From contig JBFXED010000006.1 in the NCBI GenBank assembly GCA_050180485.1, positions 42,070-106,069 on the forward strand: a DNA stretch of 64,000 nucleotides, given 5' to 3'. The notes beneath the pieces were generated by a model. The model saw nothing but the letters and a program-made list of their open reading frames with translations. It searched no databases and was not told the DNA's origin. The DNA is from Alphaproteobacteria bacterium (GTDB lineage: Bacteria; Pseudomonadota; Alphaproteobacteria; CADEGL01). Both the position numbers and the translations under genes were made by a program. This document shows positions 8,290-20,477 of the stretch, piece by piece (the stretch's first letter is position 1; each line of letters opens with the position of its first letter).

Positions 8290-8622
8290 TCAACCCAACA
8301 GCGCGTTGCGCGTGTTCTTGGGCAAGGCGACGGTCAAACCGTCGAGTTCTTCCGTCATGACGATCTGACAGCCGAGGCGCGAGCGGTCGGTGACGCCGAA
8401 CGCCAGGTCGAGCATATCGGACTCGTCCTCGCCCATCTTTGGCAACTTGCCCGCCCACTCCGGTTCGACATAGACGTGGCAGGTGGAGCACGCCATGGCG
8501 CCGTCGCAAGCGCCTTCGATGTCGAGCCCCGCGTCGCGGCCGATTTGCATCAGTGACTTGCCCACGGGCGCATCCAGTTCGCGCCGGGTTCCATCGGGTT
8601 GGATGACGATGATCTTGGGCAT
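8290..8622 (-). CDS. fdx: 2Fe-2S ferredoxin (adrenodoxin/ISC Fdx type)
   Basis: 110 aa with CxxxxxC..C...C spacing (GACDGAMACSTCHV...RLGCQI). Last gene of the suf operon. Confidence 0.85.
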   Translation of the reverse strand: MPKIIVIQPDGTRRELDAPVGKSLMQIGRDAGLDIEGACDGAMACSTCHVYVEPEWAGKLPKMGEDESDMLDLAFGVTDRSRLGCQIVMTEELDGLTVALPKNTRNALLG

Positions 8623-8672
8623 GGGCTACACCGGGCGCGCGGCGCGCCCTTCGGGATCAAACGCGGGCGGCA

Positions 8673-9014
8673 TCAAACGTGGAACGACTCGCCGCAGCCG
8701 CAACGACCCTTTTCCATCGGGTTCTTGAACACGAAGCCGGAGTGGAACTTGTCCTCGGCGTAGTCCATCTCGGTGCCGAGCACGAACAGGATCGCCTTGG
8801 GGTCGATGAAGATGGTGACGCCCTTGTCCTCGACGGTCTCGTCGTGGGGCGCCTTCTGGTCGACGTATTCCAGCTTGTAGGAGAGGCCCGAGCAGCCCTT
8901 GCTCTCGACCGACAGACGCAGGCCCGACGCAGGCTGGCTGCGCTGCGCCATCAGAAAGCGCACGCGTTCCGCCGCCGCATCCGTCAAAGAGATTGCCTTG
9001 GGTCGTTCGGCCAA
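8673..9014 (-). CDS. sufA: Fe-S cluster insertion protein, A-type carrier (SufA/IscA/ErpA, HesB family)
   Basis: 113 aa. The C-terminal CGCGESF motif plus an upstream Cys (GCSG) are diagnostic of A-type carriers. Confidence 0.85.
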   Translation of the reverse strand: MAERPKAISLTDAAAERVRFLMAQRSQPASGLRLSVESKGCSGLSYKLEYVDQKAPHDETVEDKGVTIFIDPKAILFVLGTEMDYAEDKFHSGFVFKNPMEKGRCGCGESFHV

Positions 9015-9054
9015 TGGAGGGCTCCTTCGGTCTTCAATATAAGCGTTTGGAGTC

Positions 9055-9465
9055 TCAGATCAATCCAAGCTCGAGCTTGGCCGCCTCGCTCATCCGGCTC
9101 TGGTCCCAGGGCGGGTCCCAGACCAGGTTGACCTTGGCGTCCATCACGCCCGGGGTCATTTTCACCCGGTCTTCCACCTCGCCCGGCAGCGTACCCGCCA
9201 CAGGGCAGCCCGGCGCGGTCAAAGTCATGTCGATCCAGACCTTGCCCTTGGCATCCACGCCCACGCTGTAGATCAGCCCCAGATCGTAGATGTTCACCGG
9301 GATCTCGGGGTCATAGCAGGTGCGGATGACTTCCTTGACGCCCTCAGCTAGATGCTCCTGCCCTTCGGCCACGCCCTGGCGCGCCTCGGCCCACTCGGCG
9401 TCATCCGCCGCGGCGGGCGCCGTCTCGGGCTTGGGTGTCTCGGTCGGCTGTTCGTTGGCGTCCAT
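9055..9465 (-). CDS. sufT: SUF system Fe-S assembly protein SufT (DUF59/MIP18 family)
   Basis: 136 aa. DUF59 core (IRTCYDPEIPVNIYDLGLIY...TLTAPGCPV) with an acidic N-terminal extension. Confidence 0.75.
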   Translation of the reverse strand: MDANEQPTETPKPETAPAAADDAEWAEARQGVAEGQEHLAEGVKEVIRTCYDPEIPVNIYDLGLIYSVGVDAKGKVWIDMTLTAPGCPVAGTLPGEVEDRVKMTPGVMDAKVNLVWDPPWDQSRMSEAAKLELGLI

Positions 9466-9471
9466 GGCGTC

Positions 9472-9918
9472 CTATTCGGTCGAGACGGCTTCGGCGCGGG
9501 ATTCGAGGGCGGCCACCATCGTGTGCCACGGCAAGGTCGCGCATTTGACCCGCACCGGGTAATCACGCACGCCTTCGAACACGGCCAGCTTGTCCAGCGT
9601 GTCGTCGGGGAACTCGTCCTTGCCCGTGACGAGACGGTGGAAATGCTCGAACAGAGCGCGCGCTTCGGCGACGGTCTTGCCCTTGACCGCTTCGGTCATC
9701 AGCGAGGCCGAGGCCATGGAAATCGCGCAGCCGCGTCCCTCGAAGGAAACATCCTTCACCTTGCCGCCCTCGACGGTCAGGTAAATCGTGACCGTATCGC
9801 CGCATAGTGGGTTGTTGCCGTCGGCATGCTGATGCACGGGCTCGGGCTTGCCGAAATTGCGCGGCCGCTTGCTGTGGTCGACGATCACTTCCTGGTACAG
9901 ATCGCGCAGATCAGACAT
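9472..9918 (-). CDS. sufU: SufU-type (NifU/IscU-like N-domain) sulfur acceptor/scaffold
   Basis: 148 aa. Cys motifs NPLCGD, GCAISMASASLMTE and KCATLPWH match SufU rather than IscU. Its ATG overlaps the sufS stop by 1 nt. The track's 383-aa ORF is an artefactual upstream extension. Confidence 0.8.
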   Translation of the reverse strand: MSDLRDLYQEVIVDHSKRPRNFGKPEPVHQHADGNNPLCGDTVTIYLTVEGGKVKDVSFEGRGCAISMASASLMTEAVKGKTVAEARALFEHFHRLVTGKDEFPDDTLDKLAVFEGVRDYPVRVKCATLPWHTMVAALESRAEAVSTE

Positions 9919-11171
9919 CAGCCGAAGAACCTCTGCACCTTCTGGACCGCGGCGCACAGGGCGTCCACGTCTTCCATCGTGTTGTAGACGCCGAAGGAGG
10001 CGCGCACGGTCGCGACCAGGCCCAACTTGTCCATCAGCGGCTGGGCGCAATGGTGTCCGACGCGCACGGCCACGCCCTCGCGATCGAGGATGGTGCCGAC
10101 ATCGTGCGGATGCACTTCGCCGATGTTGAAGGACAGGATGCTGGCCTTGTCCTTCGCCGTGCCGACGATTCGCACGCTGTTGATCTCGGATAGGCGCTTG
10201 TGCGCGTAGTCCAGGACCTTGGCCTCGTGGCGCTCGATGGCGTCGAGCCCCAGATCCATGACGTAGTCCATGGCCGCCGCCAGACCGATGGTGCCCGCGA
10301 TGTTGGGCGTACCAGCCTCGAAACGGTGCGGCACCTCGGCGTATTCGGTCTTCTCGAACGTCACGCGCCGGATCATGCCGCCGCCGCCCTGGTAAGGCGG
10401 CATGGCATCCAGCAGCTCGCCCTTGCCGTAGAGGAAGCCGGTGCCCGAAGGGCCATAAAGCTTGTGGCCGGTGACGACATAGAAGTCGCAATCCAAATCC
10501 TGCACATCCACAGTCAGGCGCGGCGCGGACTGGCAGCCATCGACCAGCACGAGCGCGCCCTGGGCATGCGCCATGCAGGTGATTTCCTTGATCGGCGGCA
10601 CCGTGCCCGTGACGTTGGAGCAATGGGTGACCGCGACCAGCTTGGTGCGCGGATTCAGAATCTTGGCGTAGGCGTCGATGTCCAGCGCGCCGGTTTCGTC
10701 CACGGGAATCGCGCGAATGACGATGCCCGTGCGGTCGCGCAGCAACTGCCAGGGGATGATGTTGGAGTGATGCTCCAGCTCGGTCAGCACGACCTCGTCG
10801 CCGGCCTTGAGATTGGCCGGGCCCCAGCTCTGCGCCACCAGATTGATGGCCTCGGTGCCGCCGCGCACGAAGACGATTTCCTTCGCTTCGCGGGCGTTCA
10901 ACAGGCGGCGCGCGGTCTCCCGCGCCGCTTCGAAGGCATCGGTCGTCTTCTGCGACAGGTAGTACACGCCGCGGTGGATATTGGCGTATTCGTTCTCGTA
11001 GGTGCGCGAGAGGGTCTCGATCACCGTGCGCGGCTTCTGGGCGCTGGCCGCGCTGTCCAGAAAGACCAGCGGCTTGTCATAGATGGTGCGCGACAGGATC
11101 GGGAAATCGGCGCGGATGCGCGCGACGTCGAAGGGACGCTTCGCCTTTGCCGCCGCAACCGCCGCGTTCAT
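9918..11171 (-). CDS. sufS: cysteine desulfurase SufS (group II)
   Basis: 417 aa from MNAAVAAAKAKRPFD. PLP-lysine region TGHKLYGPSGTGFLYG and active-site Cys region RVGHHCAQP. The start ATG (11169-11171) overlaps the sufD stop. Confidence 0.9.
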   Translation of the reverse strand: MNAAVAAAKAKRPFDVARIRADFPILSRTIYDKPLVFLDSAASAQKPRTVIETLSRTYENEYANIHRGVYYLSQKTTDAFEAARETARRLLNAREAKEIVFVRGGTEAINLVAQSWGPANLKAGDEVVLTELEHHSNIIPWQLLRDRTGIVIRAIPVDETGALDIDAYAKILNPRTKLVAVTHCSNVTGTVPPIKEITCMAHAQGALVLVDGCQSAPRLTVDVQDLDCDFYVVTGHKLYGPSGTGFLYGKGELLDAMPPYQGGGGMIRRVTFEKTEYAEVPHRFEAGTPNIAGTIGLAAAMDYVMDLGLDAIERHEAKVLDYAHKRLSEINSVRIVGTAKDKASILSFNIGEVHPHDVGTILDREGVAVRVGHHCAQPLMDKLGLVATVRASFGVYNTMEDVDALCAAVQKVQRFFG

Positions 11172-12454
11172 GCCGCCCTCCGCGCGCCCTGGGCGTCGTA
11201 AAGCCAATCGCCGACTGCGGCCGTGAAACGGTCGCGGATCGCTTCGTCCGCGATGCCGTCGATCATCTCGGACACGAAGGCCTCGATCAGCATGCCGCGC
11301 GCCTGTTCCAGGCCGATGCCGCGCGCGCGCAGGTAGAACAGCGCCTGTTCGTCGATCTCGCCGGCCGTCGCGCCATGACCGCACTTCACGTCGTCGGCGT
11401 GGATCTCCAACTCCGGCTTCGAGCCGATTTCGGCCCGGTCGGAGAGAAGCAGGTTTTCGTTGAGCTGGTGCGCGTTGGTCTTCTGCGCATCGGGACGCAC
11501 CACGATGCGGCCCTGGAACGCCGCGTAGGCGTGATCGTCCAGCACGCCGCGATAGCGCTCCTCGCTGTCGCAATGGGCGGCCGCGTGGTCGATGGTCGTG
11601 GTGTTGTCGACATGCTGGCGGCCGCGCGCGAGATAGGCACCCTCCAGCTTTACCTTTCCGCCCTCGCCCTTCAGCACGGCGTCGATCTCGTTGCGGGCCA
11701 GCTTGCCGCCAAGCGACAGAACGAAACTGTCGAAGACGCCCTTGGTCGCGACATGGGCCGCGGTGGCCGCCGTATGGAACGCTTCGCCGCCTTCGGTCTG
11801 CAACTTCAGATGCTTGAGCGTCGCTGTGGAAGCGATTGAAACGTCCGTGACCGCGTTGGTCCAATAGCGGCCCGTCCCGGCATAGGTTTCCAGGACCGTC
11901 GCCGAGGCGCCATCGCCCAGCGAAATCCGGTTGCGCATATGGGCAGCGCCGGACGCGCCGAGGAAGATCAGGTGAACTGGCGCCGCCAGCGCGACACCGC
12001 CGGGTATGTCGAGGATCGCGCCATCGGCGGCATAGGCGGCGTTCAACGCGCGCATGGCACCGGCGTCCGCGGCCTCCGCCAACAGATCATTCGGCAGCAC
12101 CTTCGACGCGGACCAGCCCGTCAGGACCACACCCTTGGGCAGCGTGCCAATGCGCGAGAGATCGGCGCGGAAGCGCCCGTCGACGAAGACCAGCTGATGA
12201 TGGGCGTGGCTGGTGGACAGGGCATGGGCGGTCACGGTTGCGGCCGTGACGGCGATCTTGGCGTCCGACGGCGCAAGCGCGGCGTCGTCCAGCGCCTTCA
12301 GGCTGGTGAAATGCCAGGCCTCGAGCTTTGGCGTCGGCACGCCGAGCTTGGCGTAGCGGGTCAGCGCATCGGCGCGCGCGCGCGCATCGCCCGGCAGGCC
12401 GGCCTTGGCGGCCTCGAACCGGTCCAGATGCAGCGCGTGGGTGGTGGCGCTCAT
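11168..12454 (-). CDS. sufD: Fe-S cluster assembly protein SufD
   Basis: 428 aa. Colinear with SufD, with 4-nt overlaps to sufC and sufS. Confidence 0.85.
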   Translation of the reverse strand: MSATTHALHLDRFEAAKAGLPGDARARADALTRYAKLGVPTPKLEAWHFTSLKALDDAALAPSDAKIAVTAATVTAHALSTSHAHHQLVFVDGRFRADLSRIGTLPKGVVLTGWSASKVLPNDLLAEAADAGAMRALNAAYAADGAILDIPGGVALAAPVHLIFLGASGAAHMRNRISLGDGASATVLETYAGTGRYWTNAVTDVSIASTATLKHLKLQTEGGEAFHTAATAAHVATKGVFDSFVLSLGGKLARNEIDAVLKGEGGKVKLEGAYLARGRQHVDNTTTIDHAAAHCDSEERYRGVLDDHAYAAFQGRIVVRPDAQKTNAHQLNENLLLSDRAEIGSKPELEIHADDVKCGHGATAGEIDEQALFYLRARGIGLEQARGMLIEAFVSEMIDGIADEAIRDRFTAAVGDWLYDAQGARRAA

Positions 12455-13206
12455 GCCGCGTCGGCCCCCAGCACGGCATAGCCCTTCTCTTCCAGCTCCA
12501 GCGCCAGCTCCTTGCCGCCGGAGCGGACGATCCGGCCGCCCGAGAGGATATGCACCTTGTCCGGCACGACATAGCCGAGCAGGCGCTGATAGTGGGTGAT
12601 GACGAGCATCGAGCGGTCGAGCCCGCGCAGGGCGTTGATGCCGCTGGAGACGATCTTCAACGCGTCGATGTCGAGGCCCGAATCGGTCTCGTCCATGATC
12701 GCGAGACGCGGTTCCAGGACCGCCATCTGCAGAACCTCGACGCGCTTTTTCTCGCCGCCGGAAAAGCCGACATTGATCGGCCGCTTCAACAGATCGTCGC
12801 CCATCTCCAGCATCTTCAGTTTGGCGCGGACGAATTTCAGGAACTCCATGGCGTCGAGTTCCTTGATGCCGCGGTGCTTGCGCACCTCGTTGACGGCGGC
12901 CTTGAGGAAGCTCAAGCCGCTGACGCCGGGAATCTCGACCGGATACTGGAAACCCAGGAACACGCCCTCGCGCGCGCGCTCTTCCGGCGACATCGCGGCC
13001 AGGTCCTTACCCTGGAACAGGATCTCGCCCTTGGTCACCTCGTAGCCGTCGCGCCCGGCCAGCACATAGGCGAGCGTCGACTTACCTGAGCCGTTCGGGC
13101 CCATCACGGCGTGCACCTCGCCCGCGGCCAGGGACAGGTCGATCCCGTGGAGGATCTCCTTGCCGTCCACCTCGACATGGAGGTTCTTGATCTCGAGCAT
13201 GGGCAC
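12451..13206 (-). CDS. sufC: Fe-S cluster assembly ATPase SufC
   Basis: Walker A GPNGSGKST, ABC signature FSGGEKKR, and Walker B/D-loop ILDETDSGLDIDAL. Confidence 0.9.
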   Translation of the reverse strand: MPMLEIKNLHVEVDGKEILHGIDLSLAAGEVHAVMGPNGSGKSTLAYVLAGRDGYEVTKGEILFQGKDLAAMSPEERAREGVFLGFQYPVEIPGVSGLSFLKAAVNEVRKHRGIKELDAMEFLKFVRAKLKMLEMGDDLLKRPINVGFSGGEKKRVEVLQMAVLEPRLAIMDETDSGLDIDALKIVSSGINALRGLDRSMLVITHYQRLLGYVVPDKVHILSGGRIVRSGGKELALELEEKGYAVLGADAA

Positions 13207-13232
13207 TTCCTTCTAAATCCGTTCTTGAACCG

Positions 13233-14690
<1,458 letters not shown>

Positions 14691-14711
14691 GTTTCCGAGT
14701 CCTCGTTGACC

Positions 14712-15827
14712 TTAAGCCGCGGCAGCGGACGCGTTCGCGCCCAGCCTGCGGCGGAGCGCGATCCACGCTCCGATGAATGCTTCGACCTCGGCGTCCGTCG
14801 TCGACCAGCCCAGGCTGACGCGGATCGCTCCGCGCGCATCAGCCTGCGGCACGCCCATCGCTGCCAGCACGTGCGAAGGCTCGACCTTGCCCGACGAGCA
14901 CGCGGATCCGGCCGACACCGCGAAGCCCGCCAGATCGAAACCCATCACCTGCGTGTCGCTGGCGACATCTGGCATGGCGATGCAACTCGTGTTCGGCAGA
15001 CGCTGGACCGAGGCACCGATCACAACCGCGCCCTCGGCGCCGAGGCGCGTTTCCAGAAGGTCACGAAGGTGCGCCAGGCGCAGCGCATCGTTCAAATCGT
15101 CTTTCGCCAGCGCGGCGGCCGCGCCGAAACCGGCGATCGCCGGCACATTCTCGGTTCCCGCGCGACGGCGGCGCTCTTGGCCACCACCCCGCGAGAGCGA
15201 TTCGATCTCGATGCCAGGACCGAGCACCAAGGCGCCCGCCCCCATGGGCCCGCCGATCTTGTGCGCCGACAACGTCAGCAGATCGGCGCCGAGCGATGCC
15301 ATGTCGAAAGCGATCCGACCCGGCGCCTGCGACGCATCGCAATGAAGCAGCGCGCCATGGCGCTTCGCGATCGCGGCGGCATCCGCCACAGGATGGATCA
15401 CGCCCGTCTCGTTATTGGCCAGCATGACGGAGACGAGCGCCGGTGCGCCCTTCCCCTTCAATAGGGTATCGAGCGCGTCGAGATCGAGACGTCCGTCGCG
15501 ATGCACCGGAATCGTTTCGATGCCGTCCGCGGCCTTCAACACCGACGGATGTTCGGTCGCACCGGCAAAGATTCGCGCCCGGCCGCTGCCGCGCAGCGCC
15601 AGGTTATTGGCTTCCGTGCCGCCGGCCGTGAAGACCACCCGTTCGGATTTCGCACCCACGAGCGCGGCAACGGCCTCGCGCCCATCCTCGACCACGCGGC
15701 GCGCGGCGCGGCCGGCGCCGTGGACCGACGACGGATTGCCGCAAACCCCGAGGGCCGCGGAAACCGCCTCGGCGACGGCCGGCTTCACCGGCGCGGTCGC
15801 GTTATGGTCGAGATAGATCATTTTCAT
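14712..15827 (-). CDS. cysteine desulfurase, NifS/IscS-like (class-V aminotransferase, group I)
   Basis: 371 aa. MKMIYLDHNATAPV start, PLP-Lys motif SAHKIGGPMGAGAL, and catalytic Cys loop SAGSACSSG. A second desulfurase is encoded in the same operon as sufS. Confidence 0.85.
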   Translation of the reverse strand: MKMIYLDHNATAPVKPAVAEAVSAALGVCGNPSSVHGAGRAARRVVEDGREAVAALVGAKSERVVFTAGGTEANNLALRGSGRARIFAGATEHPSVLKAADGIETIPVHRDGRLDLDALDTLLKGKGAPALVSVMLANNETGVIHPVADAAAIAKRHGALLHCDASQAPGRIAFDMASLGADLLTLSAHKIGGPMGAGALVLGPGIEIESLSRGGGQERRRRAGTENVPAIAGFGAAAALAKDDLNDALRLAHLRDLLETRLGAEGAVVIGASVQRLPNTSCIAMPDVASDTQVMGFDLAGFAVSAGSACSSGKVEPSHVLAAMGVPQADARGAIRVSLGWSTTDAEVEAFIGAWIALRRRLGANASAAAA

Positions 15828-16315
15828 TCAGCCGCATTCGCCGCCGCGGCACCGTTGTTGTTGGCCACGAGCGCGTCGCGATGGAGCTGGCCGCTGCGCC
15901 CCAGCACACGGCGCTGGCAAACGTCCTCCAGCGAGACCGAGGCCAGGAACAAACGGATCTGCTGGCCCAGCTCTTCCCACAAATCATGCGTGAGGCAGCG
16001 GCTGCCGTCGGTCGTGCAACCCTTGGGCGAGCCCGGCTTGCAGCGCGTGACCTGCACCGGCTCGTCGACCGCGATGATGATGTCGGAAATGCGCGTGTCG
16101 CGCGGCGGGAAGGCCAGCACATAGCCGCCACCCGGACCGCGCACGCTGCGCACGATGCCTGCCCGGCGCAGCTTGGCGAAAAGCTGCTCCAGATAGGACA
16201 GCGAGATGTCCTGACGCTCGGCGATTTCGGCCAGCGTGGTCGGCTTGGCGTCGTCGCGGCTGGCCAATTCCACCATGGCCATCACGGCATAGCGTCCTTT
16301 GGTGCTGAGTTTCAT
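15824..16315 (-). CDS. Rrf2-family transcriptional regulator (IscR/SufR-like)
   Basis: 163 aa from MKLSTKGRYAVMAMVELA. Rrf2 HTH, and three Cys (CKPGSPKGCTTDGSRC) compatible with Fe-S ligation. First gene of the suf operon, with a 4-nt overlap to the downstream desulfurase. Confidence 0.8.
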   Translation of the reverse strand: MKLSTKGRYAVMAMVELASRDDAKPTTLAEIAERQDISLSYLEQLFAKLRRAGIVRSVRGPGGGYVLAFPPRDTRISDIIIAVDEPVQVTRCKPGSPKGCTTDGSRCLTHDLWEELGQQIRLFLASVSLEDVCQRRVLGRSGQLHRDALVANNNGAAAANAAE

Positions 16316-16400
16316 CGGCCTGTCTCCGTCTTTCTGCGTTCGGCCGTCCCGCCGTCCTGTTGGTGGCCACGGCCTCGTCCGAAGGCCGCCGTCTTGGGTT

Positions 16401-17153
16401 TCATGCTTGCCGTCCGGTACGCTCGCCCATCGCGAGAGGGCGCACCACCGCGGAGCCGCTCTCGTCGCTCCGCCCGTCACCGTTTTCGACTTGCGCCAGC
16501 CGGCCTTTCAGCGCGTCCACTTCGGCGCGCAACGCCTCGATGGCGGCGACCAGGGGATCGGGCACGTCCGCGCCCGGTGTGCCATAGGCCACGAAATCCG
16601 TCTCGGCGCGCCGGTGGTGCGATTCCAGGATGCGGGCCGGAATGCCGGTAACCGTCACGTTCGGCGGCACATCCTTGACCACCACGGCGTTGGCGCCAAC
16701 GCGCGCGCAGCGCCCGACCGTAATGGGCCCCAGAATTTGGGCACCCGAACCGACAATCACGTTGTCGGCCAGGGTCGGGTGGCGCTTGTGGTCGACCTGC
16801 GCGCCGGAATTGATCGAGGGCGCCGTGCCGCCCAGGGTCACGTCGTGATAGAGGGTGACATCGTCGCCGATCTCGGCGGTTTCACCGATCACCGTTCCCA
16901 TGCCGTGGTCGATGAAGAGGCGCTGGCCGACCTTGGCGCCCGGGTGAATTTCGATGCCGGTCAACCAACGGCCCAGGTGGGATATAAAACGGCCGCCCAA
17001 GCGCCAGTGGCGCACCCACAAGGCATGGGCCAGCCGGTGAATCAGCACGGCGTGATAGCCGGGATAGCAAAGCAAGACCTCGAGGCGCGAGCGGACCGCG
17101 GGGTCGCGCGCCTTGATCGAGTCGATATCCGCCAAAATCCCCTTGAACATCAT
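16401..17153 (-). CDS. cysE: serine O-acetyltransferase CysE
   Basis: Left-handed beta-helix hexapeptide repeats ([38 protein letters not shown]...). The start is at the MM pair 17151-17153. Confidence 0.8.
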   Translation of the reverse strand: MMFKGILADIDSIKARDPAVRSRLEVLLCYPGYHAVLIHRLAHALWVRHWRLGGRFISHLGRWLTGIEIHPGAKVGQRLFIDHGMGTVIGETAEIGDDVTLYHDVTLGGTAPSINSGAQVDHKRHPTLADNVIVGSGAQILGPITVGRCARVGANAVVVKDVPPNVTVTGIPARILESHHRRAETDFVAYGTPGADVPDPLVAAIEALRAEVDALKGRLAQVENGDGRSDESGSAVVRPLAMGERTGRQA

Positions 17154-17377
17154 GACCTTGCGAATGATATTAGCGCCGCGCCCTGGACCCCCGGCCCAAG
17201 CGTGCCCGACTGGCGCCCGGGATATAATTTTCCCGACTAGCCCGGTCAAGTAATTCGCCGCCGATTTTTCGCAGAAATCCCTAGTTTTCGAAGGGATTGT
17301 CTCAGCGGCCAGGTCGGATATCGGACGGGCGCCCTCCCGGCGGCGACCGCCCATCAATTGAAAGGCTCGCGACGGAA

Positions 17378-18040
17378 ATGCCCGAAGTGATCATCCCCGG
17401 CCCCGAAGGACGCATCGAAGGCCGCTACCACATCGGAAAGAGCGCCACCGCCCCCATCGCCCTTCTGCTCCATCCTCATCCGGAGCATGGCGGCACCATG
17501 AACAATAAGGTGGTCTACGCCCTCTACCAGGCCTTCGCGCGGCGCGGCTTCGCCGTCCTGCGCTTTAACTTCCGCGGCGTTGGCCGGTCACAAGGCAGCT
17601 TCGCCCGCGGCGAGGGCGAGCTGTCGGACGCGGCGTCCGCGCTGGATTGGCTCCAGACCTATAACCCCAACGCGTCGGCTTGCTGGATCGCGGGCTTTTC
17701 CTTCGGCGCCTGGATCGGCATGCAGCTTCTGATGCGGCGGCCGGAGATCAACGGCTTCATCTCGGTCGCGCCGCCCGCGAACCTATACGATTTCGGGTTC
17801 CTGGCGCCGTGCCCCACCTCGGGCCTGATCGTTAACGGCGACCAGGACCAGGTCGTGCCTCCGGAATCGATCAAGAAGCTGGTGGACCGCCTGTCCAACC
17901 AGCGCGGCATCACCATCGACCACCGCCTGCTGAAAAAGGCCGATCATTTCTTCACCGGGCGGATCGACGACTTGGTCGAGCAGGTGGACAACTACCTCGA
18001 CAAGGCCATCGGTAAGCCGCTGGCCATCGCGTCTTCGTAA
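17378..18040 (+). CDS. alpha/beta-fold hydrolase (dienelactone-hydrolase-like)
   Basis: Nucleophile elbow GFSFGAW and an HxxP region. Start chosen at [10 protein letters not shown] (17378). The ORF track start at 17297 gives a G/P-rich extension that is unlikely to be real. Confidence 0.6.
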   Translation: MPEVIIPGPEGRIEGRYHIGKSATAPIALLLHPHPEHGGTMNNKVVYALYQAFARRGFAVLRFNFRGVGRSQGSFARGEGELSDAASALDWLQTYNPNASACWIAGFSFGAWIGMQLLMRRPEINGFISVAPPANLYDFGFLAPCPTSGLIVNGDQDQVVPPESIKKLVDRLSNQRGITIDHRLLKKADHFFTGRIDDLVEQVDNYLDKAIGKPLAIASS

Positions 18041-18044
18041 CGCT

Positions 18045-19118
18045 TCACGCGCGGCGCAACACCCCACCCGTTGTCGGCCGGCCGACCCCGGTCGTTCCCG
18101 GAAAGCTGAGCGGCAGGCCGCGCAAGCTGCGCACGGCCAGGTAGGCGAAGGCCTGCGCCTCCAGCCCATCGCCGTTCCAGCGCGCGGCTTCCACCGGCTC
18201 GACCGTGCCCGGCAGGACGCGCGCCAGCGCCTCCATCAGGGTCTTGTTATGCCGCCCGCCGCCCGTGACCAGCCAGCGTCGCGGCGGCGCGGGGAAATGC
18301 GCGACGGCGCGCGCGATGGCGTGCGCTGTGAATGCCGTCAGCGTGGCTGCTCCGTCGGGGGCGGACAACTTCGCCACCGGAGCCGTGGAGAAGGCGTCGC
18401 GATCGAGCGACTTGGGCGGGCGCCGGACGAAATAGTCATGGTCGAGCAGCCGCGCCAGTACGTCCGCATCGATCCGTCCCGTCGCGGCCATGGCACCGTC
18501 CGCATCGTAAAGACGGCCGTCGTGACGATGGACCCAATCGTCGATCAGCGCGTTGCCAGGCCCGGTGTCGAAGGCGATCAAGCTGGGCTCGGAGGGTGAA
18601 CCGTCGATCCAGGTCACGTTGGCGACGCCGCCGATATTCAGCACGGCCAGCGGGCGCTCCAGTTCGCCGGCCAGCGCGGCGTGATAGACCGGCGCCAAGG
18701 GTGCGCCCTCGCCGCCCGCCGCCACGTCGGCCGAACGGAAATCGTGGACCACGTCGATTCCCGTTTGGCGCGCCAACAGCGCGCCGTCGCCGATCTGCCA
18801 GGTGCGCCGCGCCTCGGGCGCGTGAAGGATGGTATGGCCGTGAAAGCCGATCAGGTCGGCGTTGTCCCGGCCCGCTTCGCGCAGAAGCGCTTTGACCGCC
18901 GCCACGTGAATTCCGGTCAAATCGCGCTCGACGCCGGCGACATCGCCCTTGCCGCCCAGGACGCCGCGCAACCGCGCGCGAAAGGCGGGCTCGTAGGGCT
19001 CGGTGCGAAAGGGACCAAATTCCAGCACGCGGATACCATCCGTTCGGACCAGGGCGGCGTCGACACCGTCGAGCGAGGTGCCGCTCATCAAGCCCAGAGC
19101 CCATAACCCGTCCGCCAT
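18045..19118 (-). CDS. anmK: anhydro-N-acetylmuramic acid kinase AnmK
   Basis: 357 aa. N-terminal [13 protein letters not shown] motif. Colinear with AnmK. Confidence 0.85.
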   Translation of the reverse strand: MADGLWALGLMSGTSLDGVDAALVRTDGIRVLEFGPFRTEPYEPAFRARLRGVLGGKGDVAGVERDLTGIHVAAVKALLREAGRDNADLIGFHGHTILHAPEARRTWQIGDGALLARQTGIDVVHDFRSADVAAGGEGAPLAPVYHAALAGELERPLAVLNIGGVANVTWIDGSPSEPSLIAFDTGPGNALIDDWVHRHDGRLYDADGAMAATGRIDADVLARLLDHDYFVRRPPKSLDRDAFSTAPVAKLSAPDGAATLTAFTAHAIARAVAHFPAPPRRWLVTGGGRHNKTLMEALARVLPGTVEPVEAARWNGDGLEAQAFAYLAVRSLRGLPLSFPGTTGVGRPTTGGVLRRA

Positions 19119-19214
19119 GCCGTCTTCCTCCGCCGGTGCGTGACCGCGCCCGACGCCTATGTTAAGTCAGGCCAGCGCGCACGAAATCCGCGCCGCCTCT
19201 TCAGCCACCCTAGC

Positions 19215-20477
19215 ATGCCTGCCGCCATGACCGTGTTCCGTTCGAGCTTTATGCGCGAGGTTGAAGCCCGCGGCTTCATCCATCAATGCACCGACGCGGC
19301 GGGCCTGGACGCGGCCATGGCCGAGGGGCGGATCGTCGCCTATATCGGCTTCGACTGCACGGCCACAAGCCTGCATGTCGGCTCGCTGATCCAGATCATG
19401 CTGCTGCGCCGCCTGCAGAAGGCGGGCCACAAGCCGATCGTTCTTTTGGGTGGCGGCACGACCAAGATCGGCGATCCGACGGGCAAGGACGAGGCACGCA
19501 AGCTCCTGACCGACGAGGATATCGCGCGCAACATGGAAGGCATCCGGCGCGTGTTCGACAAGTTCCTCACCTTCGGCGACGGCCCGACCGACGCGGTCAT
19601 GGTCAACAACGCCGATTGGCTGGACCGGTTGGGCTATATCGCGTTCCTGCGCGATTTCGGCCGTCATTTCTCGGTCAACCGCATGCTGACACAGGATAGC
19701 GTACGCCTGCGCCTCGAACGCGAGCAGCCGCTGACCTTCCTCGAATTCAACTACATGGTGCTGCAGGCCTATGACTTCGTGGAGCTGGCCCGGCGTCATG
19801 CCTGCGTGCTGCAAATGGGCGGCTCCGACCAGTGGGGCAATATCGTCAGCGGCATCGACCTGGGGCGACGGGTGGACGACCGCCAGCTCTACGGCTTGAC
19901 CTCGCCGCTGATCACCACCGCGTCCGGCGCCAAGATGGGCAAGACCGCGCAGGGCGCGGTGTGGCTCAATGACGACCTTCTGCCGGCCTACGACTACTGG
20001 CAGTTCTGGCGCAACACCGAGGACGGCGACGTCGGCCGCTTCCTGCGCCTGTTCACGGACCTTCCGGTCGCGGAGATCGAAAAGCTTGAAGCCTTGAAGG
20101 GCGCGGACGTGAACGAAGCCAAGAAGCGCCTGGCGCATGAAGCCACCGCGCTGGTGCATGGCGAGGCCGCTGCTTTGGCCGCGGCAGAGACCGCCCGCCG
20201 CACCTTCGAGGAAGGTGGTGCGGGCGATGCGTTGCCAACCATCGAGGTCGCGCGCCAGGAACTCGCCGCCGGCATTCCGGCGTTCGACCTTCTCACCCGA
20301 GCCGGTCTAGCGGCCAGCAAAGGCGAGGCACGGCGGCTGATCCGCAGCGGCGGTGCCCGCTTGAACGATGCGCCCATCACGGACGAGGCGCGCGCCGTGA
20401 CGGGCAGCGATCTGACCAACGGCACGATCAAGCTGTCGGCCGGAAAGAAACGCCACGCGCTGGTGCGGCCGGCCTAG
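19215..20477 (+). CDS. tyrS: tyrosine--tRNA ligase
   Basis: HIGH-type motif region ([16 protein letters not shown]), KMSKS-like KMGKT, and a C-terminal S4 domain. Confidence 0.9.
   Translation: MPAAMTVFRSSFMREVEARGFIHQCTDAAGLDAAMAEGRIVAYIGFDCTATSLHVGSLIQIMLLRRLQKAGHKPIVLLGGGTTKIGDPTGKDEARKLLTDEDIARNMEGIRRVFDKFLTFGDGPTDAVMVNNADWLDRLGYIAFLRDFGRHFSVNRMLTQDSVRLRLEREQPLTFLEFNYMVLQAYDFVELARRHACVLQMGGSDQWGNIVSGIDLGRRVDDRQLYGLTSPLITTASGAKMGKTAQGAVWLNDDLLPAYDYWQFWRNTEDGDVGRFLRLFTDLPVAEIEKLEALKGADVNEAKKRLAHEATALVHGEAAALAAAETARRTFEEGGAGDALPTIEVARQELAAGIPAFDLLTRAGLAASKGEARRLIRSGGARLNDAPITDEARAVTGSDLTNGTIKLSAGKKRHALVRPA

Noticed and set aside
8284-8295. Palindrome TTGATCAA at the junction of lipoprotein paralog 8 and fdx
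   Set aside because: It is simply the two convergent stop codons (TGA/TCA) abutting. No stem-loop or terminator is evident.
9472-10623. 383-aa ORF fusing sufU with an upstream frame
   Set aside because: Only the last 148 codons have SufU identity. The upstream part overlaps sufS in another frame and is Arg/Gly-rich, so it was trimmed to 9472..9918.
18332-18895. 187-aa Arg-rich plus-strand ORF, and the similar minus-strand ORF 18436..19104
   Set aside because: Both overlap anmK in other frames, and their translations are poly-Arg/Pro low complexity.
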